This document shows positions 35,870 through 47,696 of a stretch of DNA of 64,000 bases, in pieces. Source of the DNA: Antedon mediterranea (lineage: Eukaryota > Animalia > Echinodermata); the NCBI RefSeq assembly GCF_964355755.1, contig NC_092672.1, forward strand, positions 24,627,237 through 24,691,236. Direction: 5' to 3'. Within the stretch, counting starts at the first letter, position 1, and each line of letters opens with the position of its first letter. The notes beneath the pieces are model-generated. The model did not search any database and was not told the origin of the DNA. It saw nothing but the letters and a program-made list of their open reading frames with translations. Both the position numbers and the translations under genes were made by a program.

Positions 35870-37400
35870 AATACAAAAAATAGAAAGACAAAAAGGAGGT
35901 GGTCTATATTGCCAACGGAACTATTATGTGAGACACTTACCGACCACAACAACTGCCCTTCTTTTGAATGCCTTTTGATTAAAGTTACATTACCAAGAAT
36001 GTGCAAACTCTTTAGCACCAATCGGTCGAACCATCACAACTTTATTCTTATCTGCTCGACGAATGAGATAAACACTAAGATCATAAATCACAATGAAGAC
36101 ACAGTTCTACGAGAGTTCGTCAGTTAGATCTTTCGGCCAATGTATACAATGGAGATGATCCTTTTCTCTCGGATGGTAATGTTAATGCCAAAACTAATTT
36201 ATATAATTCAATTATGCATGATACTTACAATGAGCATTTCCCAGTGATTACTAGCAGTAAGCGGGTTACAGATAAAACTGACGCACAACATAAGAAAATT
36301 AGTTAATTAATTAAGTTGCTAAATTTAATTTAAGATAAATTTTAAAAACTGATCAATGGGCCAGACTTCGGAATTTTGTACAAAACATAATTTAGGTTAC
36401 CAGCATAATTGCCATCAAGAGAACCACTCCAGTTATATTCATATACTTTTTTTTTGTATAATTTGTTCATCATTTTTATATTGTAATTGTATTTCTTTCA
36501 TCTCGTGGAAGAACACATTTTGTTGTGAACGAGCCTCCGTTTTAAAATAAATATATTGTTATTATTATATATGCCTGGAAAGTACGGAAAAGGCTTAATA
36601 TAGCTTGATTTAAAAGCATTTAAAGCTGGTCATCCCGACAATTAACCAGTGAGCTTAATAATGGATTTTGCACATACTAACTCCAATTATCACGAATATG
36701 TTGAACAGTGTACTAGAAAGATATTTTTTTTGGAGGATTGGAAGAAGTCCACTCAGTTTACAATATGAAAGGTTAAAAATGCCAAGACTGTAAATGTGCT
36801 TAGACCTATCTCGCTCTCTCCATTTTTGTTTGAAAATTTCATTTTTCAATGGATTCTCTAGAATAACAGTGACGGATAAGAGGCAATAGCTTCAAGCAGA
36901 GCTCGACAACTTTCCATCTTATCAGCGTCATTGACAAATCCTGAAGGGTTTTAAGAGAGATAGCTTTGATGCAAATATTTGTGTTCATCGTGTAGGTCAC
37001 TCTGTATGTATCAATAGGTTAATTGAGCTTAGGATTTGGTCGTCAATAGCACATCATGAATACTCGATTTGCGAGAGTGGTCTCTGATACATACCAATTA
37101 ACTGTGGAGTACCTCACGGTAGCCTACTTTAATAGCACCCACCCTTTTCCTGGTGTTATTCAATGATGCACTCACTGTGTGCTGTGGAGGTTACAGTTAC
37201 TTAAACAAGTGGTGCAATGTAACTGGTAATATGACACCGAAACTATCTAATTGTAAGGTGATGTCGTTACAACTATTAAGATGTTGTTAAATTTGAAGTA
37301 AAAATGATTCAGTATTAAAGGTGTTGAAAATAATTACTCGATATTGTTATTCATAATAATTTAAAATGTGATACGAATACTGAGGAGATTGTTTCAAGAG
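35870..37400 (+). mobile_element. Highly degraded CR1/L2-like LINE remnants
   Basis: Relics of the endonuclease R..KGGG motif near 35880 and RT CGVPHGSLL near 37105; many stops. Confidence 0.4.
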
Positions 37401-37504
37401 ATCTGTGTTTGAAAATGATATATTGATAGATCTATTTATTGAACAAACAGTAGGCCTAATAAAAAAAAAGATGTGTGGGAATTGTATGTAGTTGAAACCG
37501 AAAC

Positions 37505-37689
37505 ACGACATAAACGCCCTGGTACAATATTGTGTGTATGCATTTGGCGGAGCGTTATTTGAGGGAAAATTCCCCGGGGCATTTATTATTTGAGGAGGTG
37601 GAAGGTTGGGCGTTTATTTCAAATGATGTATTATGAAGAGGACGCGACGCGTCATTCAAAGCGGGGCGTTTATTCGAATAAATACGGTA
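37505..37689. mobile_element. Tc1/mariner-type MITE fragment
   Basis: Repeated gggcgtttatt subterminal motifs ending ...gggcgtttattcgaataaatacggTA; taaacgccc at the left side. Confidence 0.45.
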
Positions 37690-38813
37690 GGTTATTAGTT
37701 TTAATAAGTTAATCACTTCCGTAAAAAAACGACAAATGACAAAATAAAATGGTTAAATTCTCTCAAAAACCCATTTACTTGTAGCAATTTGATTCTTTTT
37801 TTACAAATTACAGTTTTTTCAGGTAAATTCAATTTTTGTCAAAGTGGATAACTATTAATGTGACATTAAAATGGCATCTGTAATTAACGTGGCCAAAATT
37901 ACATTTCGATGATTATGTTGACACCTTAAATAATGAACAAAATATATATTGCGATATTAATTTGATTAAAAAATCAGGATTAGGATATGACATTAAAAAA
38001 CGTTATCACCACTTAATACGGAACGATCTGGGAAGACAACTTTAGCTTATGGTTATAAAAGATATCTCTGATTATTTGATGATAAATAGATGATTATTGA
38101 TGATGTATGAATTATTTGATCACAGTCATTCCAAATTACATCTTTCTTGCGTCTTTTAGTTAATAGATTATAATGATTAAGACATGGTTTGTTCTTCCAG
38201 GCCTAAAAGGCTGTCGATTGCTTTAAGATCGATTGATGAATAGGGTCACATCCCTACCATAGGCCTAGATCTGCAATATTTATTACACAATAGTATATCC
38301 TGACTTGCAATGATCTCAACCATGATCCTGTTTTAGAATGATTTTTTTGTTGTTGAAATTAGATAAATTCGTATTATTAGGCCTACTTTTTAAATTTATT
38401 AACATCACGTAATTTCAGTAATTTCCCAGGGACGTCTTCTTAAAAAAATCCAGGTAATCTCTTTAGACTTAGACCAAAGAATGTATATCACAAGAATGAG
38501 TATTCCGCGATTTTTGCATGAGAGCTCCAGAGAGAGAGTGATGCCCGCCCTCATAAGAGCGGATGTATACATACTAAATAAGACTTGATTTAATAGATAT
38601 TATACATGTCACATTACATAGAATTATGATAATATATTTTGCAATTGTAAACTATTTTATAATACATATTTATTAACAAACTAGTGTACATTCACTTTTA
38701 CAGACAATTATTTACTAACATGCTAAATTAGTTCACAAAAAAGGCCTAACACAGCAATAGGTGGTCCAGCCTTTGATTAGTGAAACCGTCACAAAAAGTT
38801 GTATACATTCCAG

Positions 38814-38878
38814 ATACATCCTCACTCATGGCGGCGCCCTACCACATGGACAAGGAAAATCGCGGATTACTCATTCTT
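38814..38878 (+). CDS. Candidate exon resembling the start of a caspase large subunit
   Basis: ttccag|AT ACA TCC TCA CTC ATG GCG GCG CCC TAC CAC ATG GAC AAG GAA AAT CGC GGA TTA CTC ATT CTT|gtgagt = TSSLMAAPYHMDKENRGLLIL. No further caspase exons seen in the window. Confidence 0.35.
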
Positions 38879-38917
38879 GTGAGTCGTCGGCAGAGGTCGC
38901 ACACGTGTGTGTACTAC

Positions 38918-38963
38918 CATGGAGCATGGATTAAAGAATAGATTCTTTAATCCATGCATGGAG
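38918..38963. mobile_element. Probable P-element-type excision footprint
   Basis: CATGGAG duplicated (38918-38924, 38957-38963) around a 32-bp near-palindrome CATGGATTAAAGAATAG+ATTCTTTAATCCATG. Confidence 0.6.
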
Positions 38964-39115
38964 TAAAGAATAAATTACTTTCTGTGATAAAAGTATTATT
39001 TACAATGCTGTGGTGTGGATATATTTGAATCTATTTTAAATGATTTAGATATACGTTTATTATTATAATAATATTCTTAAACGGGCAATAAACTTGTACT
39101 TGTGTCTTGTACATT

Positions 39116-39618
39116 TTTAGGGAATAAGTAATTCGGTCTTTACTTACCCTATTTAGAATACGGTAATGGAGTATTGTAGCAGTCAAACGATGTCCAAAGC
39201 TGGAAGTATCCTAGGCTCGAAGTAAATAAACTATACGGAGTGTAGAAACCACATGTCCACACGAAGCGCGTACGTACGTGCGCAGTGTAAGGCTAGGCTA
39301 GTTAAGGACAATAATATATACAACGGTACAATAATTGAAACACGATAACATACAGTAACACGTAGTAAAATATGTAAAGTTAAAACGCTAAATATCAAAA
39401 TGTAATAGTGCTAATAATTAGGACAACTAATTATTATCGTAAAACTTGTATTAAAACTCGCAATGGTTTGCTCATAGAAATGTCGATGTCTTCTCGTTGA
39501 AAACTTGACGCAGAGAGAGAGAGATCGCTCGTTGCGCGTTCGCTATATTTACAACAGCAATTTGCATAACTTTACGCGTTGAGCGCACACACGCAAATAT
39601 GTGTGTGAAGTTCCTACA
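39116..39618 (-). repeat. 3' LTR of the Gypsy element (503 bp), PPT adjacent at 39619-39630
   Basis: Matches 43273-43474 plus 44819-45121; the minus-strand PPT AGGGGGGAGCTA precedes it. Confidence 0.92.
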
Positions 39619-42600
39619 TAGCTCCCCCCTAGCTCTTTGCCGCTAGGTGAGAGCGATAGAAAAAATAAGTTCATAAAGTTAGTAAAAAGTATTCAGGTAC
39701 AGTCATGCTCATTGAATTTTTGTGGCCAATGTACGTGTCGTCCAGAGCGAGTTTGGCGGGGTGGCGACGGTGCGATTGCAATGTGCGTCTCTGTCGTATG
39801 ATGTTGCTGCCTGACTAGGTCCGTAGAATTAGTTTGATCCGCATCTAAGTAAGCCGGTTTCAGTCTATCGAGACTTACTGTGTCCTGTTTTCCTGCAAGT
39901 TGTACAACGAAAAATTTGTCGCTCCTGCTAACAACTTTAAACGGGCCATTGTAAGGGCACTGTAGAGGCTTGCGGACTTTATCACAGCGAATGAAAACGT
40001 GTAGCTAAATCTGTATGTACGTGTACCTTACGAGAATTGTGTCACGTCGTATGTTTTGCATAATGCGCTGCAGTCGATGAATATAGTTACTAGGGTCCAA
40101 GTCAGCATTAGTGGAAGAAGGCGTAACAAACTGCCCTGGCAAACGTAACGTGGTGCCGAAAACTAATTCTGCTGACGATAGCCCCAAGTCTTCCTTGACC
40201 ACCGTGCGAAGACAAAGAAGTACTAGCGGTAAAGCATCTGACCATAGCTGAGGGTCGTCGAGGGCCTTAAGCGAACCTTTGAGTTGGCGATGGAACCTTT
40301 CTACTAATCCATTTGCTATTGGGTGGTATGATGTAGTGTGTATGCGTTTCGTACCCAGTAAGTTCACTAGCGCATTAAACAGCGATGATTCAAACTGGCT
40401 GCCACGATCGGTAGTAATGGTCGATGGTGCCCCAAACATGGACACCCATTTACAAACGAAAGCTTTAGCGACGGTTGCTGCCGAAATATCGGGAATCGGT
40501 AAATGTGAGCGGTTTGTGGTCTGTGAGCATGAAAAATTCCCTTGCTTCAAGCAAATGACGAAAATGTCGGATAGCAAGGTAAGCGGCTAACAGTTCTCGT
40601 CCGAATGTGCTGTACCTTGTTTCAGCTGGATTCATTCTGAGTGAGAAGAATGCGATAGGATGCCAGACGTCTTTTACCATCTGTTGTAGCACACCACCAA
40701 CCGCAAAGTTAGATGCATCAACCATTAAACATAATGTGGCGGATGAATCGGGATGTTCCAGATAAGTTGCCTCTGCAAGTGCTACCTTAACAGCCTCAAA
40801 AGCCGTAATCGCCGTCGGTGGTAATGTAATCAGTCAACGGATGAACTATATCTGAACATTGAGGAATAAAACGCCTGTAGAAGTTGATTAATCCTAAGAA
40901 TTCACGCAGTTTACGGACTGTGTCGGGTACAGGAAATGTTTCGATAGCTTCTATCTTGGAACGTAGTGGTCGGATACCCATGTCATCGATATGATGTCCC
41001 AGAAATGTCAAAGACGAAACTCCCCATTCACATTTGACAGGATTACCTACAATACCAAATTCTTCAAGACGGTCGAACAACAACTTGAGGTGAATTTCGT
41101 GTTCTTGTTCATCATTGCTGGCTATGAGAAGATCGTCGATGTATGCGTATACAAAATCCAAACCACGTAAAACTTTATCGATGAACCGCTGGAATGTCTG
41201 TGCTGCGTTTCTAAGTCCAAACGGCATTCTTAAAAATTCGAACATCCCAAATGGTGTCGTTATTGCGGTTTTCGGCACATCTTCTGGTGCAACAGGTATC
41301 TGGTGATAGGCTCGTACCAGGTCAATCTTAGAGAAAACTTTCTTTCCCTGAAGCGTATAGCTGTGAAATCGTGAATATGAGGGATTGGATATCTATCCGG
41401 AACTGTAGCATTATTGAGGGCTCTGTAGTCTCCACATGGTCTCCAACAATCACCTTCTGTTTGCTTCGCAACCATGTGAAGCGGCGAAGACCAGCAACTT
41501 TTTGACGGTTAAATAATGCCCAGCTGAAGCATATGGTCAAACTCAGCTCGTGCGATTTTGAGTTTCTGTGGAGCCAATCTCTGAGGTCGGGCAGCGATCG
41601 ATGGACCTTTGGTAGTTATACGATGAGTGACATCATGCTTAAGTTTGGCCTCTTTGAAACTCGGACGTGTCATTTTGGGAAAATATTTGCCAAGTATTGA
41701 TTCATAACGTGAATCAATCACAGGTCGAGGCAAAACAGGGCTAAGCGAGCAGAGCTTAGATGCAGTACCTTGCACACTTAAATTAGTAGTAGAATCAATT
41801 AACTTGCGGTGTTTAACATCGACTAACAAACCAAAATGTTGCAGAAAGTCTGCGCCGACAATTGCTGAGGGAATATCGGCTATAGTAAACACCCATCTGC
41901 ATGTCCGTCTAAAACCAAAATCAAGTGTTAAAGATCCTTCACCATAGGTGTTGATTTGAGAGTTGTTAACTGCTTGCAAAACAAAATCACTTTTTCGCTG
42001 TTGACGGTCTTGTTTTGTTGCAGAAAGGACGCTAATCTCGGCTCCTGTATCTACTAAAAACTTTAGTCCAGTATCTCTATCATAAATGTGAAATAAGCGA
42101 CTATCAGAAATGGTGCCGGACGAATTCTTCGCAGTTATTCGCCGGCTTTGGAGTTTTCCGAAGTTGGGAAACTGCATGGCGACCTGCACCTACGTGCTGC
42201 CTTGCCAAACCGGGTGTGATACCAGCACTGCTCTGAGTCATTTTCATTGGTTTGTGTTCTGGAAGAACGGTTCCGATTTCGGCTTCTGCTCCTGCTCTTA
42301 TCCCGATGTTGATCGTTTGCCAAGGATGATACCATTGCGGTCAACTTGTTAATTTCCGCTCGTAGCGTTTGAATTTCGTTTCGGTCGGCGTTAGCACTTG
42401 TCGGGTTAGAGATTGCGGCTATTCTGGGTTGGCTGGGAGACACCTCTAAAATTCTGTCGGCTAATTCCGCTATCTGAGCGACGGTAACGTTTCCGCCTGT
42501 TGCGGCTAAAATCAGTTGCACGTTATTGGGCAATCGCTGAATGAACAACTGTTTCAAGATCGAATCCTCTAATGTGCGGCTTCCTAACAACTGATACATT

Positions 42601-43253
42601 TTGCGCAATAGTAAGTTGTGTTGGTTTTCTGTCACCCAATTCCTCCGTAGTGAGCAGTTGGTGCAACCGTTTCTTCTCCGAATCGGAGGTCCGCTTAATT
42701 AACTCTTCCTTTAAGTTGCTGTATGGACCCTCAGCAGGAGGAGCTAAGAGCAGATCACGTACCTCCGGGACACGATCGAAGGCTGTAACGACGCCACGAT
42801 ATAGGCAAATTTTGTAGCTTCCGTGGTAATATTGCGAGTTGCGAACTGCGCTTCCACTTGGGCAAACCATATCGCGGGATCGTTAGCCCAAAATGGTGGT
42901 AGCTTGAGGGTAAATGCCGCTAAAGGTAATGCGCGTTGCGTGGCGACTGGTTCCCCAGCATTACCTCCCGCTTGATCCACAGCAACTGCTGCTTCGGCTG
43001 GAGGAGGATCTTCCATTTTCGCCTCAAAAAATTAATAATTGTTTTAGGCCTACCTTATAATTAAAAGCAAACTGTGTTTTGTAACAGAAATGTTTTCAAA
43101 AATAGTTGTACGTAGTACTATAGTCCGATCAATGCTGTTTGCTGCCTCGTATACAGGATAGGCTTAGATAGGCCGAGTATCGCTAATAATAGCCCACAAA
43201 TGTTACATACAAGAAGTACAGGCTACAGATGAATACTCCACTAGTCCATACGA

Positions 43254-43271
43254 ATCACGTCGGGGTCACCA
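43254..43271 (-). promoter_or_regulatory. Primer-binding site for tRNA-Trp
   Basis: Minus strand TGGTGACCCCGACGTGAT, complementary to the 3' end of tRNA-Trp, directly after the 5' LTR. Confidence 0.88.
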
Positions 43272-43474
43272 CTTTAGGGAATAAGTAATTCGGTCTTTAC
43301 TTACCCTATTTAGAATACGGTAATAGAGTATTGTAGCAGTCAAACGATGTCCAAAGCTGGAAGTATCCTAGGCTCGAAGTAAATAAACTATACGGAGTGT
43401 AGAAACCACATATCCACACGAAGCGCGTACGTACGTGCGCAGTGTAAGGCTAGGCTAGTTCAGGACAATAATAT

Positions 43475-44814
43475 TGTTTCAAAGTTCTTGAAAGGGTTAT
43501 CAACACTCAACTTTTATGTCATGTTTCGTCCATTATTTCCCAAGATCAACATGGCTTCATGCCCGGTAGATCTTGTGAAACAAACCTTGCTACTCTTCTG
43601 TCTACCGTGTATGAAGCCATCGAAACTAAAAAGCAATGTGACATAATCTACACCGACTTTAGTAAAGCTTTTGATAAATTGTCCCACAACCTATTATTAT
43701 TAAAACTTCATCAGTTTGGCATCAATGGTACTTTATTTTCATGGTTTAAAAGTTATCTTGGCGGTAGGATGCAGAGAGTTGTAATTGATGGTGCCACTTC
43801 CAATTCTCTCCCAGTCATCTCAGGCGTGCCTCAAGGTTCCATTCTTGCTCCCTGCTGTTCAATATATTTGTTAATGAAATACCAAATCTCTTTCAAAATT
43901 CCAACTGTCTTATGTTCGCTGACGACCTCAAGATTTACAAAATTATTACCACTACTGAGGACTCCGTTGCACTTCAGGCAGATCTGGAAAGACTCGGTAC
44001 GTGGGTTTCCGACTGGAAAATGTCCCTGAAGTCCGAGAAATGCAAAGTCCTGTCTTGCTCTCTTAAGAAAAAACCTATTATTTTCGCTTACTCAGTTCAA
44101 GAAGAAGTCCTTGAAAGTGTAAACTCTTACCGGGACCTCGGCATTTTCATCGACCGTAAACTGACATTTATTTCACACGTTGATCATGTTGTCAGAAAGG
44201 CCAATAGGCTGCTTGGGCTGATGTGGCGCAATTGCAAACATTTTTCTCCATACACCAAACGTGCGCTTTATCTTTCCCTCGTCCAACCATCTTTTAATTT
44301 CTGTTCAATTATCTACAATTCACTCTCTGCTTCTCAAGCCTCCAGAATTGATCGGACCCATAACAAGTTCTTGCGCTTTGTCGGCCCAGCAGCCAACCTG
44401 CCTCCTATTGTTTCTCCGACATCTAGGAGAGCAAGACAGGACTTGCACTTCCTGTATAAATGTCTTACTTCTAAGTTTGAATGTGATCTTGTTTCGTTGT
44501 TTTATTTTAATGTTCCTGTTCGTAATCTTCGTAGTAAACCCGTTCTTCATGTTAAATTTTCTCGTGTCAATGTTTGTAAAAATGGTATTTTCTGTAGACT
44601 CTCGTCATTGTACAATTCTTGTATTTTAAAAAATAATTCTTTAGATATTTTTAACTGTAATTTTTCTCAATTTAAATGTATTATTAATGAAATTATTTAA
44701 ATTTTCTTTTTCATTTGTATATATTTATATTGGCTCATATTTTATAGTTTAGCTTTTATTTTCAACCTGTTATTGGTGTTTTACACTGTTGGTTTGATAT
44801 AAAGAATAAAGACC
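43475..44814 (+). mobile_element. 5'-truncated CR1-like LINE nested in the Gypsy 5' LTR
   Basis: RT motifs GRSCETNL, DFSKAFD, SGVPQGS, FADD (one frameshift); ATAAAGA-type tail; ATAT duplicated at 43471-43474 and 44815-44818. Confidence 0.9.
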
Positions 44815-46285
44815 ATATATACAACGGTACAATAATTGAAACACGATAACATACAGTAACACGTAGTAAAATATTTAAAGTTAAAACGCTAAATATCAAA
44901 ATGTAATAGTGCTAATAATTAGGACAACTAATTATTATCGTAAAACTTGTATTGAAACTCGCAATGGTTTGCTCATAAAAATGTCGATGTCTTCTCGTTG
45001 AAAACTTGACGCAGAGAGAGAGAGAGATCGCTCGTTGCGCGTTCGCTATATTTACAACAGCAATTTGCATAACTTTACGCGTTGAGCGCACACACGCAAA
45101 TATGTGTGTGAAGTTTCTACACATTTACTCTTGCAGGCCTAATTTGTTCTAATAAAAACAGAAATGACCATTAAATCAGTTAATAATACATTAAGTATTT
45201 TAAAACTCTGGTTATATAGGCCTATTGTATGTCTAATAATTATTGTATATTATCAACAATACTTAAATAAGCCTATGCCTTCGTAAGAAAATAGGAGGAA
45301 CACAATAACATTACAGTATTTCGAAATTCCTTTTTTATAGCGATTTTTGGAAAAATTAATATTTAGTAAGGCTTGAATTATTTCAGGATTATACAGTTCC
45401 ATAGTAAAACCTACCAACATTGGATTGCGAAAACTCTGAAAAGGCTACTACTGCTATTGTTTTAAAACAATGAGGGAGTGTCTTGAATTCCATTTTAGAC
45501 AATGAAGGTGGTGTAGCATGGTTGTTTTTTTATTAACATAACAATGAAATGTGTTACGTTTCGTGTCTTCAATTTGTTGAAGTGTTATTAACAGCAAAGT
45601 TAAATATAAAAATAATGGTGAATTATTTTATGTTTTTAAAAATTAGAGGGAAGCTAGATTGCTTGTTGTGTGTGATTAATGGAGATGTTAATATTAATGT
45701 TACATTTTATTATGTTATTTATCCAATATTTACTATTTTTATAAATTGTCACGATTGTTGTAATTCAGTTTGTTAACTGCAAGAACAATTTAAATAAATA
45801 AACCTTGCTTATTATTGTTGTTGCGTCCGTTTTCACTTACATTTCTTTTCTTACGTTATGTTAATATAATATGTTCATTATTGGTTTTATATTTATTTTA
45901 CTCTGTACAGTATTTGTAAAAATAAATGTTATTAAGTTGTGGTATACATTACTGATTCTGATTTTCAAATGTACAAATTCTATGTGGCAAACTTCACCGA
46001 CATTGATATACAGTAACAACAACGATAAATGAAGAAAAACATAATTAAAAGTTAATATTTATTTGTAAAGTACACTTAACACACACTCTTCTTCATTATA
46101 ACTTATAGAAGTGCATATTCTTAAATTAATCTAATGACAGTACATTCGGTACATTTAAGGATTCTTTTAAAACAATAACCGGAGTGCGCGCATCTTTATA
46201 AGAGAACATCATTTTAGGGAATATTACTTATTTCTGAATTGTCGTCTGAATTGTTAACTGCACTTTTACTGATTATCTACGAACC

Positions 46286-46983
46286 ATGAACGATTGTATT
46301 GAATGTCGCGAACCCGTAACGGAACAGCAAGAAGGACTGTTTTGCGAAGAGTGTCACAGAGATGGCAACATCGTCGGTTTGACTCAGGAGTGAAAAGAGC
46401 AGCGTACAGGTTAGCCGTCGAAGAGGGTTTTATTGATTGGACATGTAGAAAATGTGCTCCAGAAAACAACGTCCAACCGGTGCCGCAACTGGAGATTTTT
46501 GCAGCCGACCTTGGCGACTTTTTGGAACCAATCGTTCATAGAAGAAGAGGTACTGAATCTTTACCCTGAACCACAACCAATACCAGTGATGCCTGCTGTT
46601 GATGATGACATCGTTACTTATCGGCGATTATCAGGAACAACAAAACGTGGGAATGTAAGTTCTTAAAATATTTATAATCTATTCTTTGTAAAAATTTTTT
46701 TATTATCGCATTTTCTTGTGAAAACCAACTTAACCTTCTGTTGTTTCAGGACTCGTTTGTAGACAGTCATGGGTACCAATATACAGAGAAGATTGATAAA
46801 AGACGGGCAAATACAACATGGAGATGTTCTCTCAGAAACAAGAATGTGACGTGCAAAGCAACAGTGTTTGAGAAGAATGGAGTTGAAACATTGTGGGACG
46901 AGTACTGCGAGGGCCAACGTAGTGTACGTTCTCAAATGCTTGCCGCGAGTAAACTTATCACTCGCAATGCTCGCGTTGAATAG
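46286..46983 (+). pseudogene. PHD + FLYWCH MULE-type transposase remnant, internally deleted
   Basis: MNDCIECREPV...FCEECH/RWQHR...WTCRKC (PHD, frameshifted); intron 46654-46749; DSHGYQY...WRCS...CKATV (FLYWCH) joined directly to LWDEY..G, a C-terminal-like segment; no DDE core. Confidence 0.65.
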
Positions 46984-47696
46984 TGCTAATGTATGTATGT
47001 TAGTTAAATTAGTTAAAAAATTAGTAAAAAATCTTATGTTAGTAATAAACATTAAATATAATTTTAAACTATTTGCAAAATACGTTAGTTAAGAACTTTT
47101 GTAATATAACATGTTATTGCTAGAAATAAAGTCAATTTTAATGTATGTAAAGAAGTAAGATATTAGTGAAAATCGTATGTTAGTAATAAACATTAAAAAA
47201 GATATTGTTTCATTGTTACATTTTAAACTATTTGCAAACTATATTACTTATTAGTTAAGTAGTTTTGTAATATAACAAGTTATTACTAGTATACTAGTAA
47301 TAAAGTCAATTTTAATGCATGCTAGTGGTTATATATAAAAAAAACAATTATAAATATAAATGTTATATTATATGTTTATTTATAAAATATGGTAGTTAAG
47401 TTAATTCGTTCCTAAATTCTCAAACTTATAACATGTCTAAATAAAAATACAGGAATTGATAATAAATGTGTTAAGATTGTATATAATAAAATAATTTTCA
47501 TTTTTCTCTATCTGTGATGAATCTAACTGTATCTGAAAAGAAATCGTAGTATTATATACAATAATACAAATGTAGAGAACAATCGGTAAAGCAATGCACC
47601 CCTATTTTTTTTAATGGAATAAGCCACGGAGATCGCCAATCTAAACAATGCATTTAATATAAACAATGCAAGCAAGCCTGGCGTTCCATACTAAAT

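Larger units (their letters stand above)
39116..45121 (-). mobile_element. Ty3/Gypsy LTR retrotransposon, CsRn1-like lineage, decayed
   Basis: LTRs at 39116-39618 and 43273-45121 (the latter split by a LINE); 4-bp TSD CATT. Gag (LKLPPFWANDPAIWFAQVEAQF; CHCC motif CWYH..FG..A..C..PC), PR (LVDTGA), RT (YIDD), RNase H (DAS, ELLA), IN (TDRGSQF); multiple frameshifts. Confidence 0.93.
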
